Origin: a virus
Taxonomy: Duplodnaviria > Heunggongvirae > Uroviricota > Caudoviricetes
Length of the DNA stretch: 28,514 nucleotides
Strand: one strand, 5' to 3'
IMG/VR virus record: IMGVR_UViG_2534682329_000006
In this document: piece after piece, positions 18,107 through 27,100 of the stretch
Numbering within the stretch: the first letter of the stretch is position 1
How the letters are laid out: each line of letters opens with the position of its first letter
The notes under the pieces: model-generated
Database searches by the model: none
Told to the model about the DNA's origin: nothing
Seen by the model: only the letters and a program-made list of their open reading frames with translations
Made by a program: the position numbers and the translations under genes

Positions 18107-18960
18107 GCACGTACTCCGTACACGGCAGAACTGTCCACGCCACGCGAATAATCAAATCCCACCCAGCAGCGCGGCCCGGAAACAGCAATGATTTCTGTTG
18201 CTGATTTACCCTCGCCAGCTGCCACACCGATGCTGCGTTTTGCCTTGATGTAGTGGTGAGTAAAATTGCGATACAGCGAACGGATCAGGGATGTGTCACT
18301 GTTAGAAACAATGACCGGATGTCCTTCTGATGACCGATGTTCAAGAACAGATGCCAGGTGATACTGGTCATCTTCAGTGAAGCCGTCAGTGTGATAGCCG
18401 GAAAACGTACCGTCATACGGCGGATCGCAATACACCACATCCCCCGCCTTCAACATCGCCAGCGTTTCATCAAAGCTGGCGCAGATAAACGTTGCTCGCT
18501 GGGCCTTTTCTGCAAATGCGCGAATTTCTTTTTCAGGGAAATACGGATTTTTATAATTACCGTAGGGAATGTTGAAATGCCCGCTCTTGTTATAGCGACA
18601 TAAACCACGGTAACCGTGACGATTGAGATACAGGAAATATACCGCTTTCATGAAATCAGTAATTTCAGTGGAGTAATTAAACTCCTGCCTTATGTTGTAA
18701 TAAGCCACCTCCCTGTTTGCTTCCTCAAATAAAGCTCTGGCACGAGATATAAACGCCTCACAATCAGCAGCAACCTTTTTATAGAGGTTGATTAAATCAG
18801 GATTAATATCCGCAACAAGATAGCTGGGGTAATCCGTCTCCATCATCACTGCACAGGAACCCGCGAAAGGTTCAACCAGTCGCGGGCCAGCAGGAAGATG
18901 CTTTTTCAGTTCGGACATTATGGCGGTTTTATTTCCCGCCCATTTCAGGATGGTGCTCAT
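18103..18960 (-). CDS. dam: DNA adenine methyltransferase (Dam-like N6-adenine MTase)
   Basis: Motif I (EPFAGSCAV) and motif IV (DPPY); likely start at the internal Met ([11 protein letters not shown]…) overlapping the upstream zinc-finger ORF stop; the track ORF extends to 19020. Confidence 0.8.
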   Translation of the reverse strand: MSTILKWAGNKTAIMSELKKHLPAGPRLVEPFAGSCAVMMETDYPSYLVADINPDLINLYKKVAADCEAFISRARALFEEANREVAYYNIRQEFNYSTEITDFMKAVYFLYLNRHGYRGLCRYNKSGHFNIPYGNYKNPYFPEKEIRAFAEKAQRATFICASFDETLAMLKAGDVVYCDPPYDGTFSGYHTDGFTEDDQYHLASVLEHRSSEGHPVIVSNSDTSLIRSLYRNFTHHYIKAKRSIGVAAGEGKSATEIIAVSGPRCWVGFDYSRGVDSSAVYGVRA

Positions 18961-19184
18961 ACAGCACCTCCGTTGTAATGTTTGCCTTTCAGCTCTGCGA
19001 TTTCCTGACAGGTAATGCAAAGCTGCACACCCGGAATGGCACGGCGGCGTGCTGGCGGAATTGGCGCTTCACACTCAACGCAAAGCACGCGGGACACGCC
19101 CGGCGTTTTGGCACGGGCAGCACGGATATGGCGCTGGCGTTCTTCTTCAACGCGCTGCTGTACGAGATCCATTGCATCAGCCAT
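18957..19184 (-). CDS. TraR/DksA-type C4 zinc-finger protein
   Basis: CVEC…17 aa…CITC four-cysteine motif in a 75-aa protein; position equivalent to the small zinc-finger ORF upstream of A in P2-like phages. Confidence 0.65.
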   Translation of the reverse strand: MADAMDLVQQRVEEERQRHIRAARAKTPGVSRVLCVECEAPIPPARRRAIPGVQLCITCQEIAELKGKHYNGGAV

Positions 19185-19423
19185 TAGTGGATCTCCTGCG
19201 CTTCGTTCTGGATTGCTTCAGCGGTCACACGCAGCAGTTCTGCCGCTTCGACGTGGTTTAGCTGGCGGGATGTGATATGACACGCAAGACTATCAAGGCG
19301 GGCAGCCATTGCTTCAGCCCTTGCCCGGCGTTCTTCCAGACGAGCCTCTGTCAGTAAAAGATTAAGCCCTGCATCATCCGGTCCGGTTTTAGTGGCGCGG
19401 GTTTCAATATTACGCATTGTCAA
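19184..19423 (-). CDS. Hypothetical early-operon protein (79 aa)
   Basis: ORF translationally coupled within the early operon; no motif recognised. Confidence 0.45.
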   Translation of the reverse strand: MTMRNIETRATKTGPDDAGLNLLLTEARLEERRARAEAMAARLDSLACHITSRQLNHVEAAELLRVTAEAIQNEAQEIH

Positions 19424-19484
19424 TTCTCCTGAATTTAGATAAAGGGATGCCCGGCGGGTTTACGCCATGAATTTCATTAGTTGG

Positions 19485-19826
19485 TTAATTCGGCATGGTT
19501 AGCCGTCTGGGAAATAAGCTCACCACTGCACGAAAATGATTCATTGCTTTAATCAACTCCCGCTTTTCGTCAGTGGTCAGCTCATTAATGCTGATGCTAT
19601 GACGTTCAGCTGGAATTTTTGCCATAAAGAATATGGCAGCCAGTGCCCGTTTATTTTGTTCGCTATTAATATCCCGTGGATCACGCATATCTTTAATAAA
19701 CCGCTCAAGCTCTGACTCAATATTCATGCCAAAAACTTTCGCCCTTAACTCCGCAATGTGATTAAGTCCATTCAGGCGTTCACCGGGGCTTAATGGAACA
19801 GTTGCTGCAGCGCCATTAATTGCCAT
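19485..19826 (-). CDS. Hypothetical early-operon protein (113 aa)
   Basis: ORF in the early operon between cII and A; no motif recognised. Confidence 0.45.
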   Translation of the reverse strand: MAINGAAATVPLSPGERLNGLNHIAELRAKVFGMNIESELERFIKDMRDPRDINSEQNKRALAAIFFMAKIPAERHSISINELTTDEKRELIKAMNHFRAVVSLFPRRLTMPN

Positions 19827-19848
19827 ACTTCATATCCCCCAAACGCAG

Positions 19849-20073
19849 CTATCGTTCTTTGTTCTTACGGTAACGCTCAAGAGGAGATACATTTTTTCGT
19901 ATCGTCTCTTTAACCTGCTCTCCCCGTAAAAACGTCCCATCCTTTAACGTGAAAAAGTAACTGCCATCGCCCGACAATGACGGATAGCAACAGAGCAAAT
20001 CATCTTCAGGTACTGAATAACTCTCCCCTCTGTAACGAAACTGATAAACCACTTCACTTTCTGCCGCATACAT
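19849..20073 (-). CDS. Hypothetical early-operon protein (74 aa)
   Basis: ORF with a GGAG Shine-Dalgarno upstream of the ATG; no motif recognised. An overlapping alternative ORF (19944..20270) exists in another frame. Confidence 0.4.
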   Translation of the reverse strand: MYAAESEVVYQFRYRGESYSVPEDDLLCCYPSLSGDGSYFFTLKDGTFLRGEQVKETIRKNVSPLERYRKNKER

Positions 20074-20247
20074 TTGGACTTTCTCCGTTTCCTCGTGGTC
20101 AATTCAGACAGCAATTCATCTTGTGAATGACATGGATGCCAGCGTTTTCCATCCTCACCCGTGATCCAGCCGTGACCGTAGTGCATTGCCGGACTTTGTT
20201 TTACCAGCAGCGACGCAAATGATGGTTCTTTCGTCAGCATAAGCACC

Positions 20248-20757
20248 TCACAGCAAACCGAATGAAGCACCGAGGCCAGTCACAGTATCAACTGCACTCG
20301 CCATCGCAGGGTTAGCCTGTAAACGGGCCTGCAATGAAACAGCCGCCAGCGCCATCAGTCGTGTTACAGAATTAATGCTGCTGATGGCATCACGACGACC
20401 GGCACTGGTTTTTACATCGCCAGATACCGCACCTGCAGCAACACGCCCGATCTCTGCGGTTGCACTCATGACGTAATGCGGCAGTTTCTCTTTTGCTACC
20501 TCATTAATCGGTACACATGGCAGGCAGTGAATCTGTGCCAGAAAACCATCTATCAGCGTTGAATCTTCAGTCAGATCGGTAAGCAGCCAGATTTCTGGCG
20601 CATTGAGCTGATGCGGTTGATCTGGGTTGAGTTTGTTTCGCAGAGTCTGGACATTCATTCCTGCACGTTCTGCCAGCTTCGCCATATTGTGACGAAGTGC
20701 AAAAGCTCTACAGGCTTCATCAAAATGCGGGTGTTTGGAAATCTTATAATCAAACAT
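20248..20757 (-). CDS. cII: CII-like transcriptional activator (phage 186 CII type)
   Basis: 169-aa protein with N-terminal HTH (…NMAKLAERAGMNVQTLRNKLNP…), same length as 186 CII, directly downstream of apl. Confidence 0.7.
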   Translation of the reverse strand: MFDYKISKHPHFDEACRAFALRHNMAKLAERAGMNVQTLRNKLNPDQPHQLNAPEIWLLTDLTEDSTLIDGFLAQIHCLPCVPINEVAKEKLPHYVMSATAEIGRVAAGAVSGDVKTSAGRRDAISSINSVTRLMALAAVSLQARLQANPAMASAVDTVTGLGASFGLL

Positions 20758-20789
20758 GCTACCCCCTTAGAAAGTTCTCATAATTGAAC

Positions 20790-21032
20790 TTACTTACCAA
20801 CAATGACGCGGAAGTTGGAATGACCGAGGGATTCACGGACCTGATCGGTTTTGTACATTAAATAACGCAGGCTTACGCGGCCTTTGTTTTTTTCTTTCTT
20901 GACCATGTATTTAGCAAGCTGACCATGGTGAATTTTTTGATACACGGAGCCGCGGGAGATACCTTCCCATTCCGCGAACTCTGCAGGCGTAGCCATCTCT
21001 TTTGGTACACGAATTGAAATATCAGTGCTCAT
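20790..21032 (-). CDS. apl: Apl/Cox-like excisionase and transcriptional regulator
   Basis: 80-aa basic HTH protein (…EFAEWEGISRGSVYQKIHHGQL…), first gene of the lytic operon facing the repressor gene. Confidence 0.7.
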   Translation of the reverse strand: MSTDISIRVPKEMATPAEFAEWEGISRGSVYQKIHHGQLAKYMVKKEKNKGRVSLRYLMYKTDQVRESLGHSNFRVIVGK

Positions 21033-21151
21033 AGTGCAGTATCTCCCGATTAAGGTTTGGTTTACGTCGTTTTATCTCGTTTTACTTGATTCAATATTTG
21101 ATACATCGAGATACTACGATCCAATATTTGATACGTCAACAGGATTAAAAA
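21033..21151. promoter_or_regulatory. Immunity switch region (lytic and lysogenic promoters, candidate operators)
   Basis: Intergenic region between divergently oriented apl and cI; contains two direct repeats CAATATTTGATAC (21092..21104 and 21122..21134, 30 bp apart) and an inverted pair ATCTCG/CGAGAT. Confidence 0.55.
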
Positions 21152-21784
21152 ATGATACATGTAAAGGTTGGAGAGAATACAGGGGGAAGAGAGGCTATCC
21201 ATAGACTAATGGCAGCCTATGATTTCAAGTCCAGACAGCAACTTTGCGATCACTTAGGCGCATCAAAAAGCACCATGGCAAACAGATACTTAAGAGATAG
21301 TTTTCCTGCAGAGTGGGTGATTCAGTGCGCCTTGGAAACAGGAGTTTCTTTACTGTGGCTAACCACCGGACAGGGGGAGCCAGGTTCAAACATTGAACCC
21401 CAAAAAAATATCAATTCCGTGAACTCCAGCAAGGTTATACCTCTTTCTGAACTAGTATCTCCTGAAATTGACAAGGCGACTCTCAACGGTGGTTTATTGA
21501 TCGATGCTGGAAAAGCAATCATTGATAGCAGCATACTCCCCTCAGACTCAAGCAACCTACTGCTGGTGACTACTTCTGGTGATTCTTATTTAATAGATCG
21601 CAACCAAACACCACCAGTAAATGGTATGTGGTTAGTCGATATCGACGGGATAAAAAGCATTGTTAAATTGACTCGACTCCCGGGAAACAAATTAGTAGTA
21701 CATCAGGATGATTCATCGTTTGAGTGTGGCCTAGATGACATTGAGGTAGTAGGCCGCGCACTGAAAATCATTAAGAGCCTTTGA
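21152..21784 (+). CDS. cI: CI immunity repressor (phage 186 type)
   Basis: N-terminal region (…YDFKSRQQLCDHLGASKSTMANRYLR…CALETGVSLLWLTTGQGE…) follows the 186 CI pattern; AGGA Shine-Dalgarno; immediately upstream of int. Confidence 0.75.
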   Translation: MIHVKVGENTGGREAIHRLMAAYDFKSRQQLCDHLGASKSTMANRYLRDSFPAEWVIQCALETGVSLLWLTTGQGEPGSNIEPQKNINSVNSSKVIPLSELVSPEIDKATLNGGLLIDAGKAIIDSSILPSDSSNLLLVTTSGDSYLIDRNQTPPVNGMWLVDIDGIKSIVKLTRLPGNKLVVHQDDSSFECGLDDIEVVGRALKIIKSL

Positions 21785-21785
21785 T

Positions 21786-22802
21786 ATGACCATCAGAAAA
21801 CAGCCGAACGGAAAATGGTTGTGTGAGTGCTATCCCAATGGACGCAATGGTAAGCGCGTGCGTAAGCAATTTGCTACGAAAGGCGAAGCCATTGCTTTTG
21901 AAAGCTTCACAATGGAAGAAGTGAATAAAAAACCGTGGTTGGGTGAAAAGGATGATCGGCGACGCCTATCAGAATTAATTGAGCTTTGGTATTCCCTGTA
22001 TGGTCAGACACTCGCAGACCCCAAGCGCCTCATGGCGAAACTTAGAATTATCTGTAATGGTCTAGGCGACCCCATCGCCTCAGAACTGACAGCCGGTGAC
22101 TTTACGAAATACCGCGAAGCACGGTTAAAAGGTGACGTTCGTAACGAAGACGGCACACTAATGTCGCCAGTAAAACCACGCACGGTGAATCTTGAGCAAC
22201 GTAACCTATCATCGGTTTTCGGCACATTGAAAAAACTAGGCCACTGGTCAGCACCAAATCCTCTCGCCGGGCTGCCAACATTTAAAATCGCTGAGGGGGA
22301 ACTGGCGTTCCTGACCTCGGAAGAAATTAAACGTCTGCTAGATGCCTGCGCTGATTCTCAAAACCCCAGTCTGCTTTTGATTGCAAAAATATGCCTGGCC
22401 ACCGGCGCACGCTGGAGTGAAGCCGAAAACCTGCAGGGCCATCAGTTATCTAAATACCGCATCACTTATACCAAGACGAAGGGTAAGAAAAACCGCACCG
22501 TGCCGATATCTCAAGATCTGTATGACGAACTCCCCAAGAACAGAGGGAAGCTATTCACCCCGTGCAGAAAAGCCTTTGAACGAGCAGTAAAGCGAGCTGG
22601 CATCGAGCTGCCAGAGGGCCAATGCACTCACGTGCTACGTCATACATTCGCCAGCCATTTTATGATGAATGGCGGAAACATACTGGTGCTACGCGATATT
22701 CTGGGCCATGCCGATATAAAAATGACGATGATCTATTCTCATTTTTCACCAGAACACTTAGAAGATGCAGTAACTAAGAATCCTTTAAATTATATTGAGT
22801 GA
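21786..22802 (+). CDS. int: Tyrosine integrase (P2-type site-specific recombinase)
   Basis: 338-aa protein with the catalytic H-x-x-R box (HVLRHTFASH) and C-terminal tyrosine region (IKMTMIYSHF); last core phage gene before att. Confidence 0.88.
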   Translation: MTIRKQPNGKWLCECYPNGRNGKRVRKQFATKGEAIAFESFTMEEVNKKPWLGEKDDRRRLSELIELWYSLYGQTLADPKRLMAKLRIICNGLGDPIASELTAGDFTKYREARLKGDVRNEDGTLMSPVKPRTVNLEQRNLSSVFGTLKKLGHWSAPNPLAGLPTFKIAEGELAFLTSEEIKRLLDACADSQNPSLLLIAKICLATGARWSEAENLQGHQLSKYRITYTKTKGKKNRTVPISQDLYDELPKNRGKLFTPCRKAFERAVKRAGIELPEGQCTHVLRHTFASHFMMNGGNILVLRDILGHADIKMTMIYSHFSPEHLEDAVTKNPLNYIE

Positions 22803-23869
22803 AAATCATGTTAAGTGATACTTGTTATACAGTGATTTATATTACAGCAATCGTTTTATTAGTATTTATTACAATAGTAAAAAAATGGTACATACTTGAT
22901 AAAAGAAATTTATTTCGTCAGAAATTATTTTGGATTTCAGTTTTAACACCTTTATTTTCCTTTATCTATTTTGTTTTTTTCACATGGTGGGGAAAAGAAC
23001 CAGTACTCTCCGCACATGGCTATTCAAGATTTTACGAAATAAGCAAATTCCCTCTACTATTGCTAGCTAGTGCAGTTCCTTTGGCTTCGATCGTCAACAA
23101 TATACATCGCACTATACAAACCGAAGCTCAGATCAACACCGCTGAAACGAAAAATGCAGTCGATAGATATTTAGCACATGAGAAAAACTTTATTGAGAAA
23201 ACAAAGGAAATATTCGCCTACAATCTTCAAAGCGCGAGAGGCTCAGATGGAAACCTCATTAAATTCAATGGCGAACCAAATATCACTTTGTTTACAGCAG
23301 ATGAAATTAAAATTTCCAACCCATATCTTTTATATACAAAAATATACAACAAATCAACTATAGAGACCACATCTAACTTCACCGCAAACCCTGATTTTTT
23401 AGTGCAATTAAAGGAGTACTTAAACACAATTAATAATACTCTGTCGGTTCAACACTCTATAGATGAATATAATCCATTAAGTTACATGATTCGACTTAAC
23501 ACTTTGTCATATAATACAGCCTCGTTATTAGACCTGATATGTACATCCCCCATATCTCATGTATACTGTTTGATAAAATATGATGGGTATCAATTAAAAA
23601 CATTTACACTTGAAGAACAAGTATTCGCCGATATTTTAGAAATATCATATCTTCTATCAAGAAAACTAATTCGTTTGATATATAATGAAGATATACCACA
23701 TTACGACAACATTTATAATTACTTATATGTTGGTAAGTTGAGGTTTAAATTCAGAAAACACGCCTATTCTTTACAAGCATTTTCTTCGCAGGAATGGGCT
23801 GATTACGTTTCTGAAGCACTAACTCTAGTTCCTAACGAAGTTGGCGGCACTTTGGCGGCAGCGCATTAA
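22799..23869 (+). CDS. Hypothetical membrane protein, AT-rich cargo gene between int and att
   Basis: About 355-aa ORF with two N-terminal TM helices then an N/Y/I/K-rich domain with no recognised motif; visibly AT-rich; start (GTG at 22799 or ATG at 22808) overlaps or abuts the int stop. Confidence 0.55.
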   Translation: MKIMLSDTCYTVIYITAIVLLVFITIVKKWYILDKRNLFRQKLFWISVLTPLFSFIYFVFFTWWGKEPVLSAHGYSRFYEISKFPLLLLASAVPLASIVNNIHRTIQTEAQINTAETKNAVDRYLAHEKNFIEKTKEIFAYNLQSARGSDGNLIKFNGEPNITLFTADEIKISNPYLLYTKIYNKSTIETTSNFTANPDFLVQLKEYLNTINNTLSVQHSIDEYNPLSYMIRLNTLSYNTASLLDLICTSPISHVYCLIKYDGYQLKTFTLEEQVFADILEISYLLSRKLIRLIYNEDIPHYDNIYNYLYVGKLRFKFRKHAYSLQAFSSQEWADYVSEALTLVPNEVGGTLAAAH

Positions 23870-23955
23870 AAATTAGTAAAATGGACAAACACTACATAAC
23901 AATAACGCACTGTTTTTAAATGCAAACTACTGTTTTTGCTATAGTAAAAATGGTA

Positions 23956-23992
23956 TGTAGGAATTTCGGACGCGGGTTCAACTCCCGCCAGC
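23956..23992 (+). other. att core: fragment matching the 3' end of ssrA (tmRNA), marking the prophage/chromosome junction
   Basis: TGTAGGAATTTCGGACGCGGGTTCAACTCCCGCCAGC matches the 3'-terminal T-arm/acceptor region of E. coli tmRNA as I remember it, but the upstream 300+ nt of ssrA and the final TCCACCA are absent, so it is a partial copy, not the gene. Confidence 0.6.
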
Positions 23993-24122
23993 CCAATCAT
24001 GATTGGACGGTGTAAGGACAACACCAACAAAAACAGGAAGTTAGAAGTCTCAGCAAAACACCGACCAGACGGTGAGGAGACATAAAAGGATACGCAAAGG
24101 AGCCGCGGCTCCTGGTAACATG

Positions 24123-24146
24123 AAAGCCCACAGATGTGGGCTTTTT
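24123..24146 (+). terminator. Rho-independent terminator (plus-strand T-tract; may also act on the convergent autotransporter gene)
   Basis: Hairpin GCCCACA-GA-TGTGGGC followed by TTTTT, about 10 nt beyond the autotransporter stop. Confidence 0.6.
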
Positions 24147-24155
24147 CGTTGATGG

Positions 24156-27100
24156 TCAGAACGACCAGTTCACACCAGCTACCGCGTTCCACGGGGATTC
24201 CACACCGGCACTATGGCTATACCCCACCCCAAGATGCCCGCTTAACGTACTGCTGAATGAGGCTTTAATACCTGCCTGGTATATTCCACGTCTGCCCGAC
24301 AAATAATTGACGAAATTACCGTCACTATTCACTTTCACCCGGTTATCATCGACAAATTCTTTGCGCACAGCCGGCTCAACTTCCATACCGTTCCCCAGAC
24401 GCATGTTGTAACTCAGCGTTGCGCCCAGTTCACGATATATACTGCGGGTATCGACTGATTTCGATTTCATGCCATTGGATAAATGATATTCGGGGTTATC
24501 AGCGGTGAACCCCGTTAACGATGCATACGGCGTCAGGTTCCAGTTACCATCGGTAAATCGCATCCCGGTTTCAATGTGACCGCCCAGCCCGTTGCTGTGG
24601 TAACTGCCATTGGCGGCTCCACCGCTGCTCATTTTACCTGCTACGTTACTTTTAAAACGGTTCAGCTTCACGACACCGTCCAGATAGAAACCACTTTCAT
24701 GTTCCCAACTGGCATAGCCGCCCAGAGAATAACTGCCCACACTGCCATGTCCTCCGCGATCAAAACCGATATGTGAATGGGAATAGCCCATAAAAGCGCC
24801 TAGCGTGGTAATTCCTTCAGGAATATCATTACGGCTGTCGATCCCCACTGTCATTCCGGTCAGCGTCTGCTCAAACCCGGCACCCGCATCGGTGGTGACA
24901 TTATTACGGGTGTTATACGTCGCCCCCCAGACATTATTGTTGTGTGGACTCGCTTTCATTATGTTCAACCGCTCGCGAATACTGTTTAGCTCAGCATCAA
25001 ATACCAACGGTAATGTTGCTGCCATATTGAGTACGGCTGCCGTAGAAGGCGTAATGCGTTTCTCCGGAACGGGTGTCGGCGTTGGATCGGGAGTAGGGTC
25101 TGGTTTTGGATTTGGGTCTGGCTTTGGATCGGGTTTTGGGTCTGGCTTTGGATTTGGGATGGGGTCCGGGTTGGGTTTGACATCATTGGTCAGGTTCCAG
25201 TTGCTGTTGCCGTCACTTTTCAGGACATACTCATAGGTCCCAAGATCAACGAAACCGCCGGTATTGCCCAGCGTAAACGAAGCATCCCCTCCCCCTGTTT
25301 TCACCAGCGTCATCGCGTCGTCAGACTGTGGGCTGACGCCGGTATCCTGAACAAAGATTTTAAAATTACCAGTGGCGTTGTTGTTGACGACCAGTTGATC
25401 GCCCCGGGAGCCTGCAACGTTGGTATGCAGGTAGAAATTACCGCTACCGGAAAGTTCATTGGTTGTCAGCGTATTGTAGATACCGTTAGTTGTGGCAGGC
25501 GCTGCTGTTTGTGCTGACAAATAAACATCACCGTCGTTGAGTAGCAAACTGTTTACTCTATATTCGCAGTTGCTGGTACCTGCACAGGAATTATTGCTGT
25601 TAAGCCAGACACTGCCCCGGCTGGCAGCCGTCAGGTCGGCAAGCGTGGTATCGACGCCATTTCCCAGAGTCAATGTCGCGCTATCGGTAATCCGGACCGC
25701 CCCTTCGAGTTTAACTGGCGTAACATTATCCCGTGGCGTCATTAACGACAGGCTTCCTGTCGCGCCACTGACCGATGCATCCGCCAGCGTACCTGCGTAG
25801 ACGATTGCCGTACCGCCAGCGACCTGGAGATCTTCTGCCCGGGCCAGAGCCTGAAACTCATCTTTTGACCGCCCAAGGGTATATTGCCCGCCAGAGTTAA
25901 CCTTTGTGGCGGAGTCCTGACCCAGGTTTTGCATTGCCCCACCCTTGCCAACCGTGGAGTCGCGAGCTTCGGTACCTGCTAATACCAATAAATTACCGCC
26001 ATTTTCCAGCAACATATTGGTCGCTAAATTGCCGGAAATGGAAAAAGTACCGTACTGGTGAGTACCGCTGATTTCAATACCGTTAGCCGTGCTCGTCTGG
26101 AGAGCGGCACCGCTGTTCTGGACGATATCTGTCGCTTTGCCATTATCGTTGACTGTCAGCGTACCGCCTTCATTGATCTTTGTTTTTATTGCCTCTCCGT
26201 TAGCTGAAACTGTTTGTATTCCGCCGTCGTTAATTGTTGTCTCATTCGCCACACCCTCGACAATTTGTTCACCGCCGGTGAGCGTCGTGCCTGTCGCAGT
26301 GGCTTTTGTTTTGACGATCTCCCGTCCGCCCATATTGACCTGTGTTTTGTCAGAAGAGGTGTCTGACTCCACGGTTAACACGCCGCCATTTGCCAGCAGG
26401 ATATTGTTCGCCGCACCCTGCTCGATGCTGAACGCGACGCCATCCGCGCGTGTTCCTGTGACCCGCGTCGCCCTGGTGGTTGCAACCAAAGCGCCCTGGC
26501 TACTCTGCTGTATCCCCGTTGCGCTGCCTTTCTCCCGCACATCGAGTGTGCCGCCGTCATTAAGCACCGAGTTTTCAGCCAGACCGCCCTCATTAACTAC
26601 CTGTGAACCCCCATTAATAATGGAATCTTCCGCTGTCCCGTTTGCCATAATTTGTTGTAGGCCAGAGACGATATCGGTATTGATCGCCTTACCATAATTC
26701 TGAACGGTTTGCGTGCCACCATTGATGTGTGTTTTATCTGTTGACCCACCATCAACAATTTGTTCACCACTTTCGATATTTGCCTCAGTGGCTAAACCAT
26801 ATACCGTTTGCTTGCCACCTTTGATATTTGCTTTATCAGAAGTGGCACTGGCATATATTGTTTGGGTGCCAGAACTATTAAGTACAGTGCCAACATCTTT
26901 TCCATAAACATCCATTTTGCCGTTGGCATTAATAATCGTATCAACTGCCCGGGAACCAGTGACGACTGTTAATGAGCCAGCGTTTTCCAGCACTACATTT
27001 TTAGCTTCTGAATTCCTGATGTAGAAAGCATCACCATAACTGTTGGTTCCTTCGATAAGTGTTCCGGAAGTCGTGGAAGCAATTAATGCGCCGCCGGATT

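Larger units (their letters stand above)
1..23992. mobile_element. P2/186-family prophage (tail-fibre end continues beyond window start; right boundary at ssrA-like att fragment)
   Basis: Colinear P2 gene order H-I-J-W-V-S-R-lysis-X-L-M-N-O / P-Q / cos / A ... cI-int, with translated ORFs matching remembered P2/186 proteins; integrase followed by a tmRNA 3'-end fragment. Confidence 0.9.

Noticed and set aside
19944-20270. 108-aa minus-strand ORF overlapping the cII 3' end and the 74-aa ORF
   Set aside because: Overlaps two better-supported neighbours in other frames and begins with a non-ATG start inside cII; kept only as a possible alternative to the 19849..20073 call, not annotated separately.
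23956-23992. Possible complete tmRNA or tRNA gene
   Set aside because: Only the 3'-terminal ~37 nt of ssrA are present; the upstream sequence is unrelated AT-rich DNA and the terminal TCCACCA is missing, so this is an att-type fragment, not a functional RNA gene.
24805-25236. Plus-strand ORF encoding a Gly/Ser/Phe-rich peptide (GFGSGFGSGFG…)
   Set aside because: It is the antisense reading of the PDPKPDPKP linker repeat inside the autotransporter gene; an artefact of the repeat, not a gene.
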